DNA of 64,000 nucleotides from Obrimoposthia wandeli (Eukaryota). A program made the translations under genes and the position numbers. Position 1 is the stretch's first letter; each line of letters opens with the position of its first letter. Positions 42,438 through 51,276 of this stretch are shown piece after piece. The DNA lies in assembly GCA_977020255.1 (NCBI GenBank), contig CDROCS010001295.1, positions 1 through 64,000 of the forward strand, written 5' to 3'. The notes under the pieces were generated by a model. The model made no database searches, was not told where the DNA came from, and saw only the letters and a list, made by a program, of their open reading frames with translations.

Positions 42438-42723
42438 TTTGGCTCCTTTATTCTTATATATTGCGTACTAGTTTATTTTTTTGTATTTTTTAAAACTAGC
42501 GACTAAGTAATATTATTTACCAAGTTTTCTTTTCAGGCTAACAGACAGTATCTACAACCCTTACTCAACTAAAAACGTACTATTAGCTGCGTAACATAGC
42601 AAAGAAAACCAACCCTAACTTAATTTAGATTAAACAAAATATAACTAAGCTTTTAGTTAATTAGAATTAGACATTGGTATAACGTTATTGAGCTACTAGT
42701 GCTATCTTGGGCAGAAATTACTT

Positions 42724-42737
42724 GCCATTTTTTTGAC
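42724..42737 (-). promoter_or_regulatory. FleQ-type box upstream of acs
   Basis: Plus-strand GCCATTTTTTTGAC, 13/14 identical to the GTCATTTTTTTGAC boxes at 46835 and 60075. Confidence 0.45.
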
Positions 42738-42796
42738 TACCAAACAACATTAACAACAACCTCAGCACTAAAAGTTTGATGAACTACTACTTATTT

Positions 42797-44212
42797 CTAA
42801 TTCCCTTCACGCTTCAACAAGCTATCAAGATCTATTCCTGCTTCGCGAATCTTCGCTAACTTATAACGCAAAGTACGCGGACTAATATCCAACTTCAGCG
42901 CTGCTTCTTTTCGGCTACCATTTGTCGCTTTGAGAACATCCACAATAATTTGATATTCGTGCTGTCGAAGATCATTTCCCAAATTTCCAGCTTCATCACT
43001 CAAATTCTTAATGTTACTACTGTCTAGGGGTGTGGGTGCATCTAATTGGATAACAGCTGGACGCTTACTATCATTAACTTCCAAGCTAATAGGCCCAGAT
43101 AGCAAATGCAAATCTTGTGCTTGAATCTCCACACCAGGCTGTATAATAAGTGCTCTTTGAATAACATTATCCAACTCCCTTACATTGCCCGGCCATTTAT
43201 GCGCCAGTAAACATTGCCGTGCCTCTTCATTAAATACCACTTCTGGACGCGCCATTTTGCGAGAATATTTAGCTAAAATTTGCCTTGCCAAGGGTAGAAT
43301 ATCTTCTAAACGTTTTCTTAGGGGGAGCCATTCAAGAGGAAATACGTTTAAGCGATAATATAAATCTTCTCTGAATTTTTTTTCAGCGACAAATTCGTTC
43401 AAACTGCGATTTGTTGTTGCTAAAACCCTAACGTCAAGTGATATAACCTCTTTACCCCCTACTCGCTCTACCTCTTGCTCTTGAAGGACACGGAGTAACT
43501 TAGCCTGTAAACTCATTGGCATTTCAGTCACTTCGTCAAGCAGTAGTGTTCCGCCATTTGCTTGCTCGAATTTACCAACATTAGCACTAACAGCCCCCGT
43601 AAACGCACCCTTTTCATGCCCAAACAATATTGACTCCAACATGTTTTCTGGGATCGCAGCACAATTTATAGCGATGAAAGGCTTTTTAGCACGCGAAGAG
43701 TTTGCGTGGATATATCTAGCTAAAACTTCTTTACCAGTACCCGACTCCCCTGTAATTAATACAGTAGAGTCCGTTACTGCTACGCGCCTAGCTAACTGCA
43801 ATAACTGCTGGCTACTGACAGAGGATGCGATCGTATCTTGATCATCAATAACTGCATGGGTGAATTTTTTAACGGCAGCAATAAGCACCTCAGACTCAAA
43901 AGGCTTCATTAAATAATCTACAGCCCCACTGCGCATTGCAGCCACCGCTTTATCAACTTGAGCAAATGCCGTCATTAAGATTACAGGAATAGCAAGGTGG
44001 TGCTTCTTAATGTAGCCAAGTAACTCATGCCCATCAATACCTGGCATATTGACATCAGTAACGACTAAGTCGAAGTTAGTTTCTTTGAGCATAACAATGG
44101 CTGATTCGCCATCTTGAGCACTGCTAACCGTTATGTTTGCTAATTCCAAAGTGTCGACTAGGGCTTCCCTTAAATCTGGATCATCTTCAACTATTAATAT
44201 TCTATGTGACAT
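42797..44212 (-). CDS. fleR: Sigma54-dependent response regulator FleR (FlrC)
   Basis: REC (LVVTDVNMP), AAA+ GESGTGKE, GAFTGA, WPGNVREL, HTH ISPRTLRYKL. Confidence 0.95.
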   Translation of the reverse strand: MSHRILIVEDDPDLREALVDTLELANITVSSAQDGESAIVMLKETNFDLVVTDVNMPGIDGHELLGYIKKHHLAIPVILMTAFAQVDKAVAAMRSGAVDYLMKPFESEVLIAAVKKFTHAVIDDQDTIASSVSSQQLLQLARRVAVTDSTVLITGESGTGKEVLARYIHANSSRAKKPFIAINCAAIPENMLESILFGHEKGAFTGAVSANVGKFEQANGGTLLLDEVTEMPMSLQAKLLRVLQEQEVERVGGKEVISLDVRVLATTNRSLNEFVAEKKFREDLYYRLNVFPLEWLPLRKRLEDILPLARQILAKYSRKMARPEVVFNEEARQCLLAHKWPGNVRELDNVIQRALIIQPGVEIQAQDLHLLSGPISLEVNDSKRPAVIQLDAPTPLDSSNIKNLSDEAGNLGNDLRQHEYQIIVDVLKATNGSRKEAALKLDISPRTLRYKLAKIREAGIDLDSLLKREGN

Positions 44213-44308
44213 TTTCACCTCAAGTTAAGCATTTAATTTAACTCTCTAAACAATGTTGCTTATTAAAGCACTTAGATAACCAGCGTATTCTTAATTTTCT
44301 ACACTGGC

Positions 44309-45367
44309 TTAGTTATTAACAGGTATCCAAAATCCAGCCACAGTGCCTTTACCAGGCTCTGAAGCGATTTCGAACCTGCCGTTATGTGCTTTCGCAACGA
44401 CATTTGCCACACTTAACCCCAAACCCGTACCATGGGATTTAGTTGTATAAAATGGCTCTTGAACTTTGCTTAACGACTGAGCATCCATTCCATGTCCATT
44501 ATCAATAACAGATAAAACCAGCCATGTATCAACGAGCTGTGCGTTTATTTTAATATGAGCCTCATTTTTACAAGCTTGCAAGGCATTGATGACAACATTT
44601 AATACTGCACCTAATAGAGTATCTTTGTTGCACACCAACTCTAACTCTATTTCGTTACGTGACAGATCACAATCCGCATCATACTGCGACAGAGGAATAT
44701 CGAGTGAATCTTCTAACTCACTGAAAAATTGAGATAATAGTACTCTATCTGTTAATTGACTTTCACCGCGTGCAAATATCAGCATATCACTAATTTGTTG
44801 TTCTATATTCAACAATCGTATCTTAGCTTTATTGGCAAACTTTACTCGATTACTAGGTGATAAATCTGGTCGATTTAAGTTACTGGTATATAAAAGTGCT
44901 GCAGATAATGGCGTTCTAATTTGATGCGCCAGAGAAGCCATCATCTTACCCATCTCTCCCAGTCTTTGAAAATGCGCTAACCTGCCTTGTAAATTTCTTG
45001 TTTCAGTTAAATTTGTCAATAAAACTAACTGACCTTGGTTATCTAGTAATGCTCGCGTAGCAATTGACAACCTTTTACCGTCATGTAAAGATACTTCATG
45101 CCCATCATCCGCTTGAGGCGCAAAACACCTTGCCACTATATCTCGCCAGTTTTTGCCCTTTAATGGATCACAAAGTAAATTACTAGCAGCAGGATTACAC
45201 TGCTGAACTATTCCAAGACTATTGATAACTACTACACCAGCGGGCATAACATCCAGCAATTGTTTCAAGCGATCATCAAGTAAAGGCTGGCTATTTTTAT
45301 ATTGTTGCAATTGCTGTTTTAACAGTGCATTTTCACGTATTAACTCTGCCTTTGTATGTTCAATCAT
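44309..45367 (-). CDS. fleS: PAS sensor histidine kinase FleS (FlrB)
   Basis: PAS (VMPAGVVVI), H-box SLAHQIRTPL, DNGHG, FYTTKSHGTGLGL. Confidence 0.95.
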   Translation of the reverse strand: MIEHTKAELIRENALLKQQLQQYKNSQPLLDDRLKQLLDVMPAGVVVINSLGIVQQCNPAASNLLCDPLKGKNWRDIVARCFAPQADDGHEVSLHDGKRLSIATRALLDNQGQLVLLTNLTETRNLQGRLAHFQRLGEMGKMMASLAHQIRTPLSAALLYTSNLNRPDLSPSNRVKFANKAKIRLLNIEQQISDMLIFARGESQLTDRVLLSQFFSELEDSLDIPLSQYDADCDLSRNEIELELVCNKDTLLGAVLNVVINALQACKNEAHIKINAQLVDTWLVLSVIDNGHGMDAQSLSKVQEPFYTTKSHGTGLGLSVANVVAKAHNGRFEIASEPGKGTVAGFWIPVNN

Positions 45368-46824
45368 TTACGTTTTATTCCATACTTTCGCATCTTTTCA
45401 ACTAAGGTAGTCCGCCTTATTGATAATAAAGCAGCGGCCCTCGATACAACTTGGCTGCTATGCACTAAGGCCTGCTCAATCAAATTGCTCTCTATTGTTT
45501 CAATATGTTTTTTAAGATCGATACCTTCTGCCGACAAATCCAAATCTGCACCCTTAGCAACACTTAAACTGTCTTCTAACGCGCTAATAAAATGCGGATT
45601 GTCATCTAAGTTCATATCATTTTGCACTTGATATCGAGAAGGGTCTGGCTCGTTTACATGGCGACACTTCAAAGGTAGTTCAGAAACACCGATCACCCCA
45701 TCTGGATACATTATCGCTAATCTTTCTATTAGATTAAGCAACTCTCTAACATTACCATCCCAAGGATGACGCTCTAGAGAATCAACTGCCGATAACTGAA
45801 ACTTCAACCGGCCTAAGCCTTGCTCATATGCCCCTTCCGTAAAAAATTTTAACAACACAGAGATATCACTTTTTCGCTCTCTTAGCGGAGGAACTTCAAT
45901 AGGGTAAACGTTTAAACGATAAAACAAATCTTCACGAAAAGTTGATAGTGCAACCATTTCCTCTAGATTACGGTGAGTAGCGGCAACTATTCGCACATCA
46001 ATTTTAATCGTTTTAGAACCTCCGACACGCTCAAAACTACGTTCTTGTAGTACACGTAACATTTTTACTTGCATTGGCAGCGGCATATCTCCTATTTCAT
46101 CTAGAAATAGAGTACCTCCATTTGCCATTTCAAAGCGCCCAGAACGACTGGTAATTGCACCGGTAAACGCCCCTTTTTCATGACCAAACAGTTCGCTTTC
46201 AAGCAACTGCGGAGGTATTGCACCACAGTTTACGGGAACAAAAGGCTTCTTGGCTCGACTAGATAAGTTATGCAATGACCGAGCAACCAATTCTTTGCCT
46301 GTCCCTGACTCCCCTGTAATAAGAACATTAACATCACGATCAACTACTTTAGACATCATCAACTTTAGATTTTCAATTGCGGGACTCTGGCCGATAATGA
46401 GGGGGAATTTATGATCTTTTTTCTCTTTATCACTAACCCTAACAGCATGATAAACTTGCGATTCGTGAAGTAGATCCGTCAAAATTTCGTCATCAAGAGG
46501 TTTGGTTAAAACGCGTAATATTTGCTGTTTTGAGTTGTTTGTTAACTTTTCACTATCATTCCAACTTTCTAACAAACAAATAGGAGTATGTCGGTAATTC
46601 TCACCTATAAATTGCACCAATTTATTTAGCGATATAGGTAACGTACAATGGCCGATCAATGCAATAGAATAATGCTCAAGGCTTTCTTTGTTTTGCAAAA
46701 ACTCTACAAAACTCATAACTGTATGCTGAACCTTCAAGAATCGCAGACTACTTTCTAAAGAAGCTTTTCTCAACTCATTATCATCAACTAAAATAACTTT
46801 ATTCAGCACCAAAGAATCCATCAT
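45364..46824 (-). CDS. fleQ: Flagellar master regulator, sigma54 activator FleQ (FlrA)
   Basis: Non-canonical N-terminal receiver-like domain, GESGTGKE, ESELFGHEKGAFTGA, HTH SIRRTTLVEKMRKYG. Start is uncertain among ATGs at 46821-46839. Confidence 0.95.
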   Translation of the reverse strand: MMDSLVLNKVILVDDNELRKASLESSLRFLKVQHTVMSFVEFLQNKESLEHYSIALIGHCTLPISLNKLVQFIGENYRHTPICLLESWNDSEKLTNNSKQQILRVLTKPLDDEILTDLLHESQVYHAVRVSDKEKKDHKFPLIIGQSPAIENLKLMMSKVVDRDVNVLITGESGTGKELVARSLHNLSSRAKKPFVPVNCGAIPPQLLESELFGHEKGAFTGAITSRSGRFEMANGGTLFLDEIGDMPLPMQVKMLRVLQERSFERVGGSKTIKIDVRIVAATHRNLEEMVALSTFREDLFYRLNVYPIEVPPLRERKSDISVLLKFFTEGAYEQGLGRLKFQLSAVDSLERHPWDGNVRELLNLIERLAIMYPDGVIGVSELPLKCRHVNEPDPSRYQVQNDMNLDDNPHFISALEDSLSVAKGADLDLSAEGIDLKKHIETIESNLIEQALVHSSQVVSRAAALLSIRRTTLVEKMRKYGIKRK

Positions 46825-46834
46825 TACCATCACT

Positions 46835-46848
46835 GTCATTTTTTTGAC
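46835..46848 (-). promoter_or_regulatory. FleQ-type box in the fleQ leader
   Basis: Minus strand GTCAAAAAAATGAC, identical to the flhA box. A perfect TATAAT lies upstream at 46911-46916 (minus strand). Confidence 0.55.
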
Positions 46849-47071
46849 ATTTTAGCAGATATTCAACATCTAGCAACTGTATAAATTTAATTCACTCTTT
46901 GCGCCATTTGATTATATGTATATTTATGCTATTAATTTCATTATTAATAGTGGACAACATTCATTAAATTTTAATATTTTCCAACATTAAAGAGCGTTGA
47001 TTTTAAACAGAAGGGAGGATTTATTTTAAACTAAAATAATTAAGATGAGATATAAAGTATTACAGGTGGGT

Positions 47072-47476
47072 TTAGTATTTTTTCAAACTTTTTCTAGGGC
47101 TTAATTCTTTATGCATTAATGTCATTAATTCAGCTTCCGGCCTGCCGATGCCGCAACTATGTACCAAATCATCTACATTTGCCCCCATTTCCACTAATCG
47201 AGCGGCTTGTGAATACACAACATCATCTGGGTCGCGCTGCTCCAGTTCTAATTGTTTTTCTAAAGAAGAACTCAACTTAGCCTCTATATCAACAATCCGC
47301 TTGCCCATGCCTATTGTACTACCGGCCATTGCTTGAATTTCTTTACGCAAGGCAATCGCAAGTATTTTGGATCTAGCCTCTGAGTTTCTCTGTTTAATAA
47401 AGAGAACGACTATAATAATAGACATAAATATCAATGCTACTAACAAGATACTGATAAGTCCTATATTTTCAGCCAA
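47072..47476 (-). CDS. DUF2802-domain protein (TTG start)
   Basis: N-terminal TM; C-terminal YSQAARLVEMGANVDDLVHSCGIGRPEAELM; terminal gene of che clusters in Pseudomonas/Vibrio. Confidence 0.9.
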   Translation of the reverse strand: MAENIGLISILLVALIFMSIIIVVLFIKQRNSEARSKILAIALRKEIQAMAGSTIGMGKRIVDIEAKLSSSLEKQLELEQRDPDDVVYSQAARLVEMGANVDDLVHSCGIGRPEAELMTLMHKELSPRKSLKKY

Positions 47477-47726
47477 ATGTGAACCTCAAGTTATTAAAAA
47501 ATAGGTACTCAATAGCATACCCATTTATAAATCATTCTATTTGTTATTCACAGATTCAGCGCTTATTAGTACCAATGTCATTAAGCCGCTGCAACAGATA
47601 GAATTATTATTCAACACCATAAAATGTAGACAGGATATTATCACAGATTATATCACTTGCGAATAAACTCAGCATATCAAAAGCAGTTCGGCCAATAATT
47701 CACTATAAAGTAAATTATAAATCTAA

Positions 47727-49234
47727 TTATTGTCCAATTAATTCCTCTTCGAACATTTTTACCATAGCAGATACATTAACCAAAGCACATTTTTCTGCCA
47801 TATAAGTACCTGTTAACCACGGTCTAAATTGGGGTGAAGGGTTTTCAGTAACTTCACTAAGCAGAATATTTTGTGCTTTAATTACTTTGTCAAAAACAAT
47901 CGACCAATGCTTACCTTCCAAAACAAACATTTCATTATAATTTGATTTCAATGCATCATAATTATCACCAAATAAAATTTGTGCTGTATCAACTACGTGA
48001 GTACGCATAGTAGAAGAAGTAAAGTCACCTAGAATCCATTCTCGATCGTTATCAAGAGATAAAGTCACATTAGATAGTCTTATATGTCCTTCAATTTGCT
48101 CAAAGGGTATCGCCAATTTAAGGCCATACATCAATACTATAATACAATTAATACCTTGCTCTACAGAGGTATCTAACAGGGGTTCTTCTATATTCATTTC
48201 GTTAACTACTTCACTATCTTCATTTATTTCTTCTTCGACTCGTTCTACAACGCTTTCATCAACATCGTTTTTATCGCCATCGCTTTGCGTACTTGCAACT
48301 GGTTGCTCTTCTGCTTGTTCTTCTTCGTGCATTTCGCTGTCTATTTCGATCAATGTAGCCTTATCTTCAATTTCATGTTTTGCAGGCTCTATTTCGGCCC
48401 ATTCTTTTTGCAAATCAACTTCTTCAATTTCGGATTCGACTAACTCAGTTTCTACCGATTCTGCTTCTACCGATTCTGCTTCTACCGATTCTACTTCTAC
48501 CGATTCTGCTTCTACCGATTCTGCTTCTACCGATTCTGCTTCTAGCGACTCTGCTTCTACCGACTCTGCTTCTACCGATTCTGCTTCTACCGATTCTGCT
48601 TCTACCGATTCTGCTTCTACTGATTCAGCTTCTACTGATTCAGCTTCTACTGATTCAGCTTCTACTGATTCAGCTTCTACTGATTCAGCTTCTACTGATT
48701 CAGCTTCTACTGATTCAGCTTCTACTGATTCAGCTTCTACTGATTCAGCTTCTATTGTTTCAGCTTCTATTGTTTCAGCTTCTATTGTTTCAGCTTCTAT
48801 TGTTTCAGCTTCTATTGTTTCAGCTTCTATTGTTTCAGCTTCTACTGTTTCAAACTTCTAAATTCTGCCTGACAGCTTGTTACAAAGATTCAGATTGATC
48901 TCTCTCTCAAGCAATTGTTGCTTCTCTTCTATTGATTCAGCTTCTACATTCTATTGATTCAGTTTAATGTTTTTTCTAATTCAAGAGCTGCTATTCTTTT
49001 TCATCAACATCGCTAAGCTTGATTCTAGCCTTGCACTGACTCACGCTCTGCTATCAATTCATCATCAGAAGATGTTAATTGAGCACAAGAGTCTTCTTTA
49101 CTAAGGACTTCGTAACTTATTTCGACGCCGCTTAATTCGTGCTCATCTAATTCAGTTTCACATAACAGAGCTTCTAAATAGTCAACCACCAATTTATGGT
49201 TACGACCTGTCTTGTTTGATTCATTCATTATCAA
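47727..49234 (-). pseudogene. ParP-like CheW-domain protein: N-terminus and C-terminal domain separated by frameshifts and a tandem-repeat acidic linker
   Basis: N-terminus VVDYLEALL (49025..49234). An open frame runs from 48857 to 47727 with CheW-like LMYGLKLAIPF, WILG, RPWLTGTYMAEKCALVNV. Several stops and indels lie in 48858-49030. Downstream of the parA-like gene. Confidence 0.8.
48451..48852 (-). repeat. 15-bp tandem repeat, 26 full copies + 1 partial, encoding (EAETI)6 then (EAESV)~20
   Basis: Plus-strand blocks: TCTACCGATTCTGCT-type x11 (3 variants), TCTACTGATTCAGCT x9, TCTATTGTTTCAGCT x6, plus a partial unit. Confidence 0.97.
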
Positions 49235-50004
49235 ACCTCCTCTTCAATCAAAGATTTTAGGAGCTTCGCATATGCGAGAACACCTCTGCTACTTGGATCA
49301 AACCGAGATGGAAACACGCCTTTCATGCTGGCATTTCTGAACTTTGTATCAACTGGCACCACGACAGAGGCTATTTCATTTGCATACAAATTATGAAGTT
49401 CTCGCAAGCACTTCACAGAAGCTTGTGTTCTTCTATCATAAAATGTAGGAATAATTGTATACGGGAGTTTATGTTTGCGCGCTTTATTTATCATTGATAT
49501 AGTTCGCACCATTCGCTCTAAACCTTTTAAAGCCAAAAACTCCGTTTGTGAAGGAACCAATAATCGATTACATGCGGCCAGTGCATTTACCATCAACACA
49601 CCTAAAACTGGAGGACTATCGATCAATACGTAATCGTAATCTTTCTCCATATGGGTTAACGCCTTAGACACTTGTAACCCTAAACCTGATTTGCCAATTG
49701 CCTGCCTTTCTAAAGTCGCTAGCGCTGTTGAAGATGGCAGCATTTGTACTTTATCGGACGTTGTAGACACTAATAGGCTTTTAACAAATGGCGAGGTAAC
49801 TTTTATTTCTGGTGCAAACAAGTCATAAACACTTTGGTCAATTTCATCTGGGTCATAACCAAAGTAACTGGTTAGTGATCCGTGCGGGTCTAAGTCAACT
49901 AACAGCACATCGTGACCAGAGTCAGCCAATAAACCTGCGAGCGAAACTACTGTTGTAGTTTTTCCTACCCCGCCTTTTTGATTAGATATTGCCCATACTT
50001 GCAT
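49231..50004 (-). CDS. ParA-family ATPase of the chemotaxis cluster (ParC-like)
   Basis: NQKGGVGKTT, DLDPHGSLT, IDSPPVLG, PTFYDRRT. Confidence 0.93.
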   Translation of the reverse strand: MQVWAISNQKGGVGKTTTVVSLAGLLADSGHDVLLVDLDPHGSLTSYFGYDPDEIDQSVYDLFAPEIKVTSPFVKSLLVSTTSDKVQMLPSSTALATLERQAIGKSGLGLQVSKALTHMEKDYDYVLIDSPPVLGVLMVNALAACNRLLVPSQTEFLALKGLERMVRTISMINKARKHKLPYTIIPTFYDRRTQASVKCLRELHNLYANEIASVVVPVDTKFRNASMKGVFPSRFDPSSRGVLAYAKLLKSLIEEEV

Positions 50005-50081
50005 ATTACTGCCTATATATTCGAAAATTAAATAATATCTATATACACTTGGTCTTGAAATAGATGCTGATATTAATTGGC

Positions 50082-51200
50082 TTAAAACTTACTCTTTGTT
50101 AAAGCTTGAGAAAAATCTTTTAAATCTATTACACTATCAACAACGCCTGCTTTTGCTACCGCTTGGGGCATACCGTAAATAGTACAAGTACTTTCACTTT
50201 GCGCCCAAATAGTTGCACCCGCTGCCTTTAATAACTTAGCTCCATCTCTACCATCAGCACCCATACCTGTTAGGACAATCGCTAATGCTTTGGCACCAAA
50301 TATTTTAGCGGTACTAGCAAAAGTAACATCTAAACTGGGTTTATAAGTTAAACGTTCTTCACCAGGCAAAATCTGTACCGTTCCTTTACCATCTAAGATC
50401 ATTTGTAAACCACCCGGAGCCAGCAGAGCACGGCCTGCTTTTAATTTATCACCCGACTGTGCATGCTTCACTTCAATTTCACACTGCTGATTCAGTCTTT
50501 CAGCAAATACTGATGTGAACGTATTAGGCATGTGTTGTACTAACAGTATTGGGTATGCAAAATTGGCAGGCAGTTTAGTCAAAATTTCTTGTAGGGCTGC
50601 TGGTCCACCCGTTGAGGAGCCTATTACCACTATTTTACAGCCTATTGGAATGCTAGGGTTTCTAGATAGTCTCGTAGTGCTTAAAATTGAATTGTCAGCA
50701 TTATTCTTATTATCAGGGCGAAAAACATGAGACGTTGATGTGCTTCGAAGATTAGAATCAGTTGCCTTCTTTTGATCGAGAAAACTGCTTTTAACAAAGT
50801 ATTTGGAGCGACCTAAAGCCACGATTCGGCTGGTAAGGTCATCACTTAAGCTTTGACTTTTATCCATCCATGCCCGCATATCTTTAGTAAGATAATCGAC
50901 CGCCCCAGCTTCCATCGCCTGAAGAGTAACTTGCGCACCTTCATGTGTTAGAGAAGAAACCATTAATACTTGAGCGGGCCTCTCCCTCATGATTTGGCGA
51001 ACAGCGTCTATGCCATTTAGCTTCGGCATTTCGACATCCATGGTAATAACATCTGGCTTTAGGCTATTATTTTTTTCAATTGCGTCTAGCCCGTCTCTAG
51101 CGACACCAACAACATTGATGTTTACGTTTTGAGATAAAATTTGGGTTATCCGTTGTCTAAAAAAGGCAGAATCGTCAACTACTAGAACCCTTACAGCCAT
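50082..51200 (-). CDS. cheB: Chemotaxis response regulator methylesterase
   Basis: REC TMDVEMP; GSSTGGP, VQHMP, LTGMGADG. Confidence 0.98.
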   Translation of the reverse strand: MAVRVLVVDDSAFFRQRITQILSQNVNINVVGVARDGLDAIEKNNSLKPDVITMDVEMPKLNGIDAVRQIMRERPAQVLMVSSLTHEGAQVTLQAMEAGAVDYLTKDMRAWMDKSQSLSDDLTSRIVALGRSKYFVKSSFLDQKKATDSNLRSTSTSHVFRPDNKNNADNSILSTTRLSRNPSIPIGCKIVVIGSSTGGPAALQEILTKLPANFAYPILLVQHMPNTFTSVFAERLNQQCEIEVKHAQSGDKLKAGRALLAPGGLQMILDGKGTVQILPGEERLTYKPSLDVTFASTAKIFGAKALAIVLTGMGADGRDGAKLLKAAGATIWAQSESTCTIYGMPQAVAKAGVVDSVIDLKDFSQALTKSKF

Positions 51201-51276
51201 TAACATCCTCCCAGATATAAAGACAATAATGTAAATTATTTGACGAGAACAAAGCCCTCGCCAAACTTACCACAGA

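Noticed and set aside
47521-47700. Possible cheW remnant (DNILSTFYGV)
   Set aside because: Similarity is too weak and short to support a pseudogene call.
48451-48852. Possible CRISPR array
   Set aside because: Units are contiguous 15-mers with no unique spacers, and there are no cas genes.
48380-48898. 172-aa plus-strand ORF of LLLPI/LLLIQ/LLLFQ repeats that looks like a membrane peptide
   Set aside because: It is the antisense shadow of the 15-bp array; the minus frame is in frame with the CheW-like domain.
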